A DNA stretch of 63,530 nucleotides, counting the filler, from Licmophora abbreviata (Eukaryota), in NCBI GenBank assembly GCA_900291995.1. It is 15 parts of 15 records of this genome, joined end to end, with 100 filler letters (N's around TTAATTAATTAA, not from the genome) between each part and the next. Parts side by side here need not be neighbours in the genome. Positions count along the whole stretch, not along the records: positions 35,780 to 40,082 come from OLMU01000314.1; positions 40,183 to 48,815 come from OLMU01000315.1; 13 more parts are not named here. One strand, given 5' to 3'. A program made the translations under genes and the position numbers. The notes under the pieces were generated by a model, which had not been told where the DNA came from, made no database searches, and saw only the letters and a program-made list of their open reading frames with translations. Each line of letters opens with the position of its first letter. Within the stretch, counting starts at the first letter, position 1. Of this stretch, positions 35,916 through 45,575 are shown in pieces.

Positions 35916-37445
35916 ATGACAACGGAACGATCGCAAGGGCTTCAAGTGGAGGTTCTCTTGTCGAGACCAGCCTTTCGATTGGGTGGAACCGTCGTGGGGA
36001 CGATTCGATTGCACCATCCTCCCTCCTCCTCCAGCCATCATCATCAGGCACCACCTCGTTCGTGGATCAAGAGTGCCCATGTCTATGTTGCCGGTCGCTG
36101 TCGCATCGATGCTCGATGGCACAATGCGGAAAGCTTTTCACGAATCTACGGCAGACATCCCAACTTGGAAGGAAAGTATGAAGGCGAATGGGAAGAGTTT
36201 GAAGAAAAGGCTGTGGAATCCCAGGTCGGCGCGGACAGCAACAACAAGAACGGCACGACGGTCTGCTTCTGGGCGACTAACGTCGTAGATCTCATGGAGC
36301 TAGAAGAACGAGACTATGGAAAGTGGGAGGACGTGAATCCAAGAGCTTCTGCCAAGAAGCTTCTTCCCTCTTTGCAGAAGCAAAATCAACATGACAATGA
36401 CTTGATCGTACACCGGAAGGGTTTGGCATCAGAGCGCGAAGCACCCGAAGATGACGAATCATCATTACTAGAGTCGAGACACATTGCGTGTACATTTCGA
36501 GCTGATCTCCCGGATGACTTGCCGCATTCACTTACTGCAAATTGCTGTCGATACTTTTACTCCGTCGTCGTCTGTGTCCGAACGTCCAACAAGGACGTGC
36601 TAGTGACAAATGCTCCCTTTGCAGTCTGGACGCCAGTGGCCGGTACGACCATGCAACAGTCGGATGAGGCATCGGCCACTCGTATTCGACTCGGTACGCT
36701 ATCGGCCATGGCTCACTCGGCGGGCTTGCCGTCTCACTTGTCGGCTAGCGTGTTGCATTCGCCACGTGGACAAATGGCAGTCAATCGGCATGTGGGTCTC
36801 GGCTCGGTGGCATTACGAGGAGATGTACAGACCTTGAGAGTCGCGGATCCTTCCGGCAAGCCATGCTGCATTCTAACCGTCATGGGAGCAGCTCCCATCA
36901 ATCCAGGAGGTCGATTGCTTTTGCAGTTGGATTTTCCAAAGAATTGGGTGCCGTGCGGTCAAGTGAGTGCGTGTTTGCAAGGTGAGGAGACGGCCATTTC
37001 CGAAGACGGCTCCCACCATCGGGCGCGATCGTACTTGTTTGATACGGAATGTGCAATGATCGAATCGGGAAGTACGGAACGTGTCTCTTTGTCTTTGTTG
37101 CTGCCGTTGGACTGTCCCTGCACTATCCAGACCGATCTCGTCAAGATTGCCGTTCAATGTCGCATGGATCTGGCTGTGGAGAGGGACGATGGCACATACA
37201 GCAACCTGAAACTAAACTTACCGTGTCGTGTGGCGCACGGTATAACGGCAGAAGAAAAGGGCGAAGATGTGGATGGTTCAGAAAGTGTGCCTCCTCTGGA
37301 CGAGCTCATCTTTGGCGACAACGCATCGGGTCTCATCATGAGTGACGATCCTCGATCGCCCACGAGTTTTCATACAAAGGATATACGGTCAGATTTGGCA
37401 GCACTCTCGCTACTGATGGTCGACAAGTGTGATTTGAAGATATAG
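35916..37445 (+). CDS. Rgp1-like (Rab6 GEF subunit) / arrestin-fold protein
   Basis: LSRPAFRLGGTVVGTI, G.CRIDARW, FRADLPDDLPHSL....CRYFY, LLLPLDCPCTIQTDLV. Confidence 0.6.
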   Translation: MTTERSQGLQVEVLLSRPAFRLGGTVVGTIRLHHPPSSSSHHHQAPPRSWIKSAHVYVAGRCRIDARWHNAESFSRIYGRHPNLEGKYEGEWEEFEEKAVESQVGADSNNKNGTTVCFWATNVVDLMELEERDYGKWEDVNPRASAKKLLPSLQKQNQHDNDLIVHRKGLASEREAPEDDESSLLESRHIACTFRADLPDDLPHSLTANCCRYFYSVVVCVRTSNKDVLVTNAPFAVWTPVAGTTMQQSDEASATRIRLGTLSAMAHSAGLPSHLSASVLHSPRGQMAVNRHVGLGSVALRGDVQTLRVADPSGKPCCILTVMGAAPINPGGRLLLQLDFPKNWVPCGQVSACLQGEETAISEDGSHHRARSYLFDTECAMIESGSTERVSLSLLLPLDCPCTIQTDLVKIAVQCRMDLAVERDDGTYSNLKLNLPCRVAHGITAEEKGEDVDGSESVPPLDELIFGDNASGLIMSDDPRSPTSFHTKDIRSDLAALSLLMVDKCDLKI

Positions 37446-37550
37446 CTTGTGTCGTACAATTATTTTTGCGATCTTCTTATCGATTGTGCCCCTCTGTCAG
37501 CTTGAAGAGATTCCGGCTGATGGCTATTGCCACTACAAAAATCCTGTAAA

Positions 37551-38147
37551 TTAGTTCTTATTGTAAGCCGCCAGAGCAGGAAGTGTGAACTTGTACGGCA
37601 CTCCCTGATTCTGGACTGCTCGCACGACGAAGGCCGGCGACGACCATCCGTCGTGTTGCTCCACGGGATATCCTTCTCCGATCCGAATCGGCGAATCCTT
37701 GTCGCCACTGAACGTGACATAGGCAGCGTCGCCGTCGGGTGCCATGAATTCAACAAACTTGACTTCCCCCTTCTTGAGGCGCTCCGCAAATTCCTGAAAG
37801 GGAACCGATGGTTCATCCAAGGTGGACGCGTCCAAGCCAGTGTTGGTGTCGCTGCCGCGATAGTTGAAGATCAAGCCATTGAAAGGGGTCCATTCGACCT
37901 CATCTTGAGCACTGGCGATCGACGGCAGACCAAGAGCAGCAAAAGATGTCAATGCGAGACCTCCCAACAGTGAGCGACGAGCGATCCCCTCTTTGTGACC
38001 ATCGGTGTTGGCGTCCACCGACGCTGCCATGGTGGACGTGCCCGATTTGGAAGCGGGAAAAGTCGCAAACGCATCGGCGGTCGACCGACAGAGGAGCACT
38101 AGCACCACCATAGCGAGCACGTGATTACTTGAGCGATCCATCCTCAT
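37551..38147 (-). CDS. Thylakoid-lumen protein resembling an isolated FtsH extracellular/lumenal domain
   Basis: Signal peptide ADA-FA, transit peptide, RR + hydrophobic + ASA lumenal signal; mature VPFQEFAERLKKGEVKFVEF...G..AYV...SPAFVVRAVQNQGVPY. Confidence 0.62.
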   Translation of the reverse strand: MRMDRSSNHVLAMVVLVLLCRSTADAFATFPASKSGTSTMAASVDANTDGHKEGIARRSLLGGLALTSFAALGLPSIASAQDEVEWTPFNGLIFNYRGSDTNTGLDASTLDEPSVPFQEFAERLKKGEVKFVEFMAPDGDAAYVTFSGDKDSPIRIGEGYPVEQHDGWSSPAFVVRAVQNQGVPYKFTLPALAAYNKN

Positions 38148-38270
38148 GAAAACAGGTATTGTTCTTGTGCTATGAGACACTCAGAGCAGTACAAACAGAG
38201 AACCCGCAAGATGTTTTCATCATCTCTCGTCGGGTTCGTCGTCGTCTCGGCGAGTTTCAAGTGAGAAAGC

Positions 38271-38278
38271 TGACGTCA
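38271..38278. promoter_or_regulatory. TGACGTCA bZIP/aureochrome-type element upstream of the lumenal protein gene
   Basis: Perfect palindrome about 125 nt upstream of the ATG; function inferred only. Confidence 0.25.
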
Positions 38279-38379
38279 CAGCTTCAACTTGGCGGATGAA
38301 GACGAGTCGAGTCTCGAAGTAGCACCACCAAGTATTTTCTAGGCAGCCGTACAACTAGCCGAGTTGCTTACGATCTACA

Positions 38380-39599
38380 TTACTTCTTACCGCCACAAAT
38401 TGCATCGCCTTGGCTTCACATCTATCGCGCGGAACTATGCATTCAGAGTACTCGCCGGCCGTGCAGTTTGGTGAGAATAACGCTGCAATCTTCCGATTAA
38501 CACTGTTCAGTGCAACTTCTGATTTTGAATCTAGTCCGTTCTTCCAGAATGACAAGCACGGCCAGTCCTTCAAGTTGTGTGTTGCGCTCAGTTCGGAGTC
38601 GACCACCGCCTTGAGAAGTACATCCAGCTTTTCCTTGGGTCTCTCCACGTGATCTATCTTGGTGAGTAACGCACTTATGTGTCGAACGACTAGGTCCAGA
38701 GAAACCGACAATTCGTCCTCGTCAATGTGTTTTTTCTCCAATACATGATCCAGTACATCCCCTGTCTCTGCCGAACCCAAGTCAAGAAAGTTCTTAACTT
38801 TGAACTCCATTTCCCATGGATCCTCCACGATACTTTCAAGAGTTAAAGTCAAAAGTCGCGTATGCGCAGCCACATGTGAAAGTCGACAGTGCCATCGTAT
38901 CAATTGTCGCACGGCTTGTCTGAGATCTTCCACGGTGTAACCTTTGTCTGATGATGGTTGAGGAAACGATCTCACGACATCCGTGGCAGCCAATGTCAAC
39001 GGCATGACAGCACACCGAATAATCTTGGTATAGCCATGTGTCTTCCCATATCCATATGGAGGAACACTGCTGGTCGGTATCAGTTGGAGATCTGTCTCGT
39101 TGGTACCGTGAATTGAAACGACCTGTTGCACGAACTGGTCAAAAAACAATCCGAGAGCTCCGGGAGGTCGCAGAACTCCAATACGTTGTGTCGTCGTTCC
39201 ATCCGGGACATACTCAATACAATGCTTCTCCTTGGCATTGGCAGAATTACAGTCCTTGAGTGTATCGAAAAACTCTTTCGACTCCAAATCGTCTGGCCAC
39301 AACTCATAAACCCGAACAGGCTCATCCTTGCGGGGAACGCTTGTGATGTCCGCGTGGGGAGCAGGATGATCTGGTTCCGATGCTCCTCCTACCAGGGACT
39401 GAGCCCAAAAGAAGATTCCAAGAGTCCACAGGACTGTAGTACAAGCAGCGAATATGAGCCAAGGCGATTGCTTTGGTCGTCTCCTCTTCTTACTGCGATT
39501 GATGGCATTGGTCGAAGGTGCCATGTTGCTGCTGCGGTCATTTGCCGTTGACGATGCCGAGCGTCGGGCGCCGGTCGAGGCGCGATGATATGGCAACAT
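38380..39599 (-). CDS. Uncharacterised type II membrane protein, paralog 1; 1-nt deletion at about 38408 near the C-terminus
   Basis: Basic tail + TM; SSVPPYGYGKTHG.TKIIR, RWHCRLSHVAAHT, WPC.SFW shared with paralog 2; the corrected end CEAKGDAICGGKK* matches paralog CEAAGDALCKGTK*. Confidence 0.8.
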
Positions 39600-40059
39600 G
39601 ATGGGTGACAGCAAGAGACTCTGAGCTTTTAACAGCTACTACAAGGTAGGTTAGCGATCCATGGGTGAATCACTTGGGCTGCTTTCGACTCACACTCCCC
39701 TCCTTGACGCCGTGCATCGCATTGTCGAAATGACTCGACTCTGATGAAAGACGGATTTGTATCATGACACGACGGCATCTGGATACACGTTTTTACCTGT
39801 TTCTACCGGCAGTACCTGGTAACCAAAAGCTAACACAGTAGACTAGAACCAGGTAGATCGTATTGAAGCGCGATACACAGGAGTCGAAAAGCAGATACAA
39901 CGCTTTATTACTAGATAAGTAACGCTACTCTTATTTCGTTCCCTTGCACAAAGCGTCCCCTGCGGCTTCGCACTTGTCCCGTTGCACAAAGCAAGAAGCG
40001 AATTCAGCTGAGCAATTCGGCGACAGAGTTTGCGCCAGCTTCGAAGTGATCACAGACAA

Positions 40060-40082
40060 CCTCTCTATGGGCAGTCGGTGAT
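40060..40082 (+). other. Ion Torrent/SOLiD P1 adapter contamination at a contig end
   Basis: CCTCTCTATGGGCAGTCGGTGAT is the trP1 primer sequence, joined via the shared CCTCTCT. Confidence 0.93.
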
Positions 40083-40182
40083 NNNNNNNNNNNNNNNNNN
40101 NNNNNNNNNNNNNNNNNNNNNNNNNNTTAATTAATTAANNNNNNNNNNNNNNNNNNNNNNNNNNNNNNNNNNNNNNNNNNNN
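40083..40182. other. Artificial spacer between overlapping contig ends
   Basis: 39913-40066 is identical to 40183-40336 (154 nt). Confidence 0.97.
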
Positions 40183-40200
40183 AGATAAGTAACGCTACTC

Positions 40201-41230
40201 TTATTTCGTTCCCTTGCACAAAGCGTCCCCTGCGGCTTCGCACTTGTCCCGTTGCACAAAGCAAGAAGCGAATTCAGCTGAGCAATTCGGCGACAGAGTT
40301 TGCGCCAGCTTCGAAGTGATCACAGACAACCTCTCTTCGCCACCTGCTGCCCAAAACGATTGACATGGCCAAGCAGTCAGGTTCTTGGATAGAGTCATTT
40401 CGTCGGACAGTACCGAAGCAAGACTTTCTACTACGTCGACGCCCGACGTCACTTGGATGGACGCTATGAGATTCCTCGCATCCCAATACGACGGCGACTC
40501 GGAAGAGATACTTGGAACTTGAAGCAGTTGTCCTTTCTCGCCAGATTTTGACGCGAACGAAGAAATGTTGGTCACAGCCTCTTGAAACGCTTTCGTCACA
40601 TCTTGATAGCGAATGTTCAATTCCGACGTGTGCGCGGCGACATGGGAAAGTCGGCAGTGCCATCGCACAATCTGTCGCAACGAGGTCTTTAGATCTGCGA
40701 TACTTAAAGAATTTTGAGGCGCATCCGTACTGGATAGGTCCACAAGAGCGTCGGCGGCGCCCAAGACAAGGTTCTGTGCTTCCAGTCGGATAATCTTGGT
40801 TAACCCGTGGGTCTTGCCGTAGCCGTACGGTGGTACACTTGACGACTCTAAGACTTCAGTGCCTTTGGGATTAGACGTTTCAATGATCAAGCGGATCAAA
40901 CGAGAGAAGAAACGAGCTGCTTTCCCAGGAGGAGATAAAATCGCGATTCTCTGCGTATTCGATCCTTCCGGGATGAACTCCATGCACTTTCTGTCGTGTG
41001 AAGGTACGCAGCTCTTGAGCGTCTGGCGAAACCAGTCTTCGTTGGGAAGATCGACAGTCAACGTCAGGAAGAGGAAGATTGCTGCTGACGGGGAGGCTTG
41101 CCATGTGTGCCAGGGTGTAGAGCGAAGCGACGAGAACGAATCCGCTCAGGAGCAAGCACGGCAATAACCGGCCGCGCTTTCGGTGACTCGTGGCACGCGG
41201 CTGCCTCGTTCTTGGATTAGGAACAGCCAT
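40201..41230 (-). CDS. Uncharacterised type II membrane protein, paralog 2; frameshift at about 41050-41095
   Basis: MAVPNPR...RKRGR + TM in one frame, conserved Cys-rich lumenal domain in the next; same motifs as paralog 1. Confidence 0.78.
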
Positions 41231-42359
41231 GACTCTACAAAAGAGGGAGAACAAGACATGTTTTAGTCCTCTCATTCACAACGCCGCTGGACAACGCGTA
41301 AATATTGTCGTCGATGGAATCTCGGTCTGTTCTTCCTCCTCGGCAGTCCAGGTCTAGGCGTCTCACAGTGACACATTTCTACAAGCCGAGCCGAAACTCT
41401 GATGAACCATCGCTCAGTGTCGCCACTATCCAGTCGCTGGCGCCGACACTGGGCCAGCACGACAGGAATTGCCGATTTGACCACGAGACGCGCCGACGTG
41501 AAGCCAGCGAATGAAATAGTGACGAGCACCACTGGACTATTCATACTACGGTGCACACAGTGTACACCAACTTGTGTTCGAATGGTCGGGACAACTAGGA
41601 CAGAAAAGAATCATATTGAGGTGACCATGCGATGGGCGGAAAACGCCGCCAAGGATGTTGATCGAGGAATTGTGTTGGGAACGAGGCGTATACCTCAAAA
41701 CCCGGGGCGAAGAGGGAGGCTCAGACCTCAGCCGGTACAGTGCAAAGGAGCGAGAGCATTTCTGCATCCAAAGAAAACGAGTTGAACTCCATGTCAAAAC
41801 AAAAGGGAACCTTATCATCTGTCAAGTCGTGAACCCGTTTCCCGTCTCTGCCAGGCAGAGTCACTCCTCTTCAGAAGCACTGCCGATTGAGGCCATCAGC
41901 CTCCTCGCTTCTATTCAAGTACTGTTAGGGTTAGTGCTGTCCTCCCAGACACGCAAGGCAGTGCCCAAGGGCAACCTTGCCATCCAGTCGGACTCTCGAG
42001 GGCGACATGTCCGATTTCCGTGAACCCATCGGTCAATCTCGCATCATGGACTTGCCGTCAAATGTGACTGTGCTCTTCATGGATTCCTCTCAAGATCGCG
42101 TTTCTTCGTGGGGGATCCAACTCTACTCACATGCCATAATCTCCTTACATGTTACTTATACAGTTTCAGTAGGCAGTCACTGTCGTCAGCAGTGATTCGG
42201 TGAAACGATGGACTCTGACCCCGTTGACACACCGCGACGCAACATGGTTGCTGGAACATCGTGGCAACCTTTTCGCACCGCGAAATTGAGAAAAGCTCTA
42301 CGTTGGAATGTGGAATCCGAAAAGCAGAGACGATGCTTTGCACTGGACATCAGAGAGAG

Positions 42360-42405
42360 TCGAGTCGAGTCAGTCGAGTGATGAGAGTCGACTGACTCGA
42401 CTCGA
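42360..42405. repeat. Perfect 18-bp inverted repeat built from GAGTC units, 10-nt spacer
   Basis: TCGAGTCGAGTCAGTCGA (42360-42377) and TCGACTGACTCGACTCGA (42388-42405), 60 nt upstream of the carrier ATG. Confidence 0.9.
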
Positions 42406-42465
42406 ATCACACAACCAAGAGAGGTTGAAGGATGAGGTGACGATGATTATACGTCGGCAACCATC

Positions 42466-43674
42466 ATGGCTGATTCCGATACTTCTCCTCCTCCTCCTGC
42501 GACACCCTTGGGCCATGCAATCAGTGGATCGTTGGGATCCGCATTGGCGATTTTACTCCTGTATCCACTTGAGCGAGCGAGGCTCGAGCTGCAAGGAGCG
42601 TCATCAGGACGAGCGGATCATGAGGATAATGGTGATGAGGAGGCGTCGCCGCAGCAAACCTCTGGGGGTGATGAGATGATAACGTCGACAGGGGAAGCTC
42701 CGAATGATTCAACTTCCGAAGACTGGGTGGCTTGTCGAAGTAGTCCGACGAGTATCACTTCAGATGCGGACGATTCAGACGAACTATTTGTCGACGCCGT
42801 GGCAAGCATGAAGGAGGTGTCACCATCCTCATCCGCGAGAACAAACGACATAGTTGGTTGTCTTCGTGAACTATATGAGCATGGGAAGCTCTATCGTGGG
42901 GCTGCTCCCATAGTTATTACGCTTGCAACGTCCAATTTTGTCTTCTTTTATGGACACCAGGCCGCGAAACGTCTGTTGACACCCGCCGATGGGACTAGCA
43001 CTTCTTCGTCACGAGCCTTGCGGTCTTTGTTGGCATCGTCACTGGCAGGAATTCTAAATGTGCTGGTCACGAACCCTCTTTGGGTTGCGAATATGCGCAT
43101 CATCAAGGGAGACGGCTCATCGTCTCTACTGCATGCGGCGCAGGAGATTGTACGGATGGAAGGCTTTTCCAGTTTGTGGAACGGAACGCTTGCATCGCTA
43201 CTCCTCGTGTCGAACCCAGCGATTCAATTCTTTGCATATGGACAAATGAAAGCGGCACGGATTGGACTAGACACGACGAAATCGAACACGTCAGCACGTG
43301 CTTTGTCACCCGCTGAAGCGTTCATTCTTGGTGCCTTTGCCAAGGCTGTGGCGACTGTCGTCACATACCCGCTGCAGCGCACGCAGGTATTGCTTCGATT
43401 AGAGAGACAACGGTCGAAAGACGAAAACAAGAGAAGGGAATCCACAGATACTAATAGTTTGGAAAAGAGGTATCGGGGAACGTGGGACTGTCTTGTGAAA
43501 CTATACAGGCAAGGTGGATCTCAGGCGCTCTTCAAGGGAATGAATGCCAAGCTATTACAGACCGTCTTGACGGCAGCGTTTACATTCTTGACCTACGAAC
43601 AGATCCTTTCGGTTGTCCATACAGCGTTGGCATCGCTACCGGCAACAAGACGGCCTGAGAAACGTACCAGATAG
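42466..43674 (+). CDS. Mitochondrial-carrier-family protein, peroxisomal PMP34/SLC25A17-like
   Basis: HAISG..G, YPLERAR, SNFVFFY, TNPLWVA.MR, LLLVSNPAIQF, TYPLQ, KLLQTVLTAAF.F..YE. Confidence 0.85.
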   Translation: MADSDTSPPPPATPLGHAISGSLGSALAILLLYPLERARLELQGASSGRADHEDNGDEEASPQQTSGGDEMITSTGEAPNDSTSEDWVACRSSPTSITSDADDSDELFVDAVASMKEVSPSSSARTNDIVGCLRELYEHGKLYRGAAPIVITLATSNFVFFYGHQAAKRLLTPADGTSTSSSRALRSLLASSLAGILNVLVTNPLWVANMRIIKGDGSSSLLHAAQEIVRMEGFSSLWNGTLASLLLVSNPAIQFFAYGQMKAARIGLDTTKSNTSARALSPAEAFILGAFAKAVATVVTYPLQRTQVLLRLERQRSKDENKRRESTDTNSLEKRYRGTWDCLVKLYRQGGSQALFKGMNAKLLQTVLTAAFTFLTYEQILSVVHTALASLPATRRPEKRTR

Positions 43675-43720
43675 AAACTAGAGACAGAAAATGATAGACA
43701 TTTAATACATAAAGCAAGCG

Positions 43721-45388
43721 TCAAATCCGTTGTCCGGAATTAAGCTGGGTGAACAGCCGCTTCAAGCCTCGAGGACTGTCCTCCAATGTGGGTTGCAGCA
43801 CCATCCCGCCGTCGTAGTCGGCGTCCGTCATGATGAGATTCCGGTTGATACGCAGGCCGCGTTTCTTTTTCGCGACTGGCTGTGTTGCCGACTCCTCCGC
43901 TGGTCGCTTCGCAATGGACGAAGCGAGGGCCGTCGGGGGAGAGGGGCGCGGTTTCTTGGCAGCCCGTAGAGATGAGGTCGACTGTGTCGCCAGAGGAGAG
44001 TGCGAGCTGGGGAGCGTATGATCCGTCGGTGTTTGTGGGCGTGCCTTGGTCGGCACAGCTGAGGAAAGGGTAGCCACAAGGGGGCGTTTGGAGTTCACGG
44101 TGCTCGGCGGGGGCGCTCCAAACTTGGTGCGAATGGTCGAATACTCCATGTACGAAGGATAATCCTTCGTGGCTGATCCTATTGTGATCCATACAGTCGT
44201 GTGCTTGGACAAATTTTCTTCGGAGAAGGAAATCCAGTCGGGGACGACCCGATTCAATTCTCGAAGTGCCGTCAGGATTTGCTTTCGGGTTGCCTTTTCC
44301 TTGTGCGACGTGACTATTGGCACTCGTGACGAAGTCGAGCCAGTGGCCGATCGAGACAAGACATCCATCACTTCTTGCATGGGGAGTCCAACTCGAGAGG
44401 GTGCCGGCGGTGGTGACCCTTTCTGACCAGACCGTTGCCACTGCTGAGCACGACGTCTAACGTTGCCCCGTGCTTGCGACCAGAGGGAATCGGCAAAGCG
44501 AAGAAGCGTCGCATGATCTGGTGCCTTTGATGATACAGCCGTTGGTAAGGAGGTGCGTGGTGCATTTCGGTCCTGTCGCGCCTGAGCACGAGCTTGCACG
44601 CGTTCTTCCAATGTCATGTCAGGCCGGATGAACGGCTCCAACACAACCTTGGAGGTTGTAGTCGGTTGTATATGTACTGCAGACGGCGATGAGCCCTCCG
44701 CTTTTGCGTCTTTGGTCGCTGGAGAGGAAGAATCTGCTGAGACTTGCAGAGTGCTGTGTATGCTTGCGACAATGTTGTCACTCCTGGAGAGATCAAACTG
44801 CTTGGAGCGAGCGATGCATCGATGCATTTCTTCTTTGCGATTGCCCGAAAAATGCGAGAGGTTCAAGAATAGCTCCGACCTGCCCTCATTATTCTTTCGG
44901 ACCAGCTGATAGAATGGGGAAACCACATAAAGCAGATCGTGTAGCAGTCGCTCGCCGAGCGAAAGCGTTCGGAGGGACTTCGGTGACTCGACACGTGGCT
45001 CTTCACCGGCGAGAACTGTGATAGACTCAGCATCGCCTGATTCTCGCAAGTCCAGTTTTGGTACGGCTCTCCAGAATTCCTCAATCGGCAACAAGTTATC
45101 TTTCCTGGAATGATTCTGACGAAATGAGGCACGAAACATGACATGAAGCGCTTTGTCTGCACGAATCAGGCGCTTCTCGTGGAACCAAGACGGAGCAGCA
45201 GAGGCCATATCATCCACGCCGGCAGGTCCCACAGGTGTCACGGCGACTGTTTTCGTCTCGGTGGAAGCTTCGGCTTGTTCGCTCGGCTCCTGAAACGATT
45301 CTGCTGTCGAAAAGGAAGGTATAGGGATACGCGCATTCCCCCTTCGCCCCGAAGAGCGCTTACGGGAAGAGTTGCCCGTCATCATCAT
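43721..45388 (-). CDS. Putative divergent Cdt1-like replication licensing factor
   Basis: LEERVQAR followed by a winged-helix-like block ending LRELNRVVPDWISF; E2F site 45 nt upstream; weak similarity only. Confidence 0.45.
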   Translation of the reverse strand: MMMTGNSSRKRSSGRRGNARIPIPSFSTAESFQEPSEQAEASTETKTVAVTPVGPAGVDDMASAAPSWFHEKRLIRADKALHVMFRASFRQNHSRKDNLLPIEEFWRAVPKLDLRESGDAESITVLAGEEPRVESPKSLRTLSLGERLLHDLLYVVSPFYQLVRKNNEGRSELFLNLSHFSGNRKEEMHRCIARSKQFDLSRSDNIVASIHSTLQVSADSSSPATKDAKAEGSSPSAVHIQPTTTSKVVLEPFIRPDMTLEERVQARAQARQDRNAPRTSLPTAVSSKAPDHATLLRFADSLWSQARGNVRRRAQQWQRSGQKGSPPPAPSRVGLPMQEVMDVLSRSATGSTSSRVPIVTSHKEKATRKQILTALRELNRVVPDWISFSEENLSKHTTVWITIGSATKDYPSYMEYSTIRTKFGAPPPSTVNSKRPLVATLSSAVPTKARPQTPTDHTLPSSHSPLATQSTSSLRAAKKPRPSPPTALASSIAKRPAEESATQPVAKKKRGLRINRNLIMTDADYDGGMVLQPTLEDSPRGLKRLFTQLNSGQRI

Positions 45389-45432
45389 GGTCAATAAAAA
45401 AAGCCGACGGCATTCTCTGATGCGACGCCGAC

Positions 45433-45441
45433 CGCGCCAAA
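45433..45441 (-). promoter_or_regulatory. E2F/DP consensus site upstream of the Cdt1-like gene
   Basis: CGCGCCAAA, i.e. TTTGGCGCG on the minus strand. Confidence 0.45.
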
Positions 45442-45575
45442 AAATACAACGTCCTGTCTTCGTCCGGAGTTGCACTTTTCGCAGGCTTGCGCTCTTTCGT
45501 TGGTATCTTTCAACGAGAGCTCGTAGACGCTTCTTCGACACAGAACAAAGACAGCCGATTTAGATCAATGCGACG

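Noticed and set aside
39913..40336. 154-nt direct repeat suggesting a third paralog or recent duplication
   Set aside because: Identical copies flank a spacer and the left copy ends in adapter; this is a contig overlap.
41272..42300. Several short ORFs in a 1.2-kb divergent intergenic region, as a transposon or gene relic
   Set aside because: No transposase/RT motifs, terminal repeats or consistent reading frame could be recognised.
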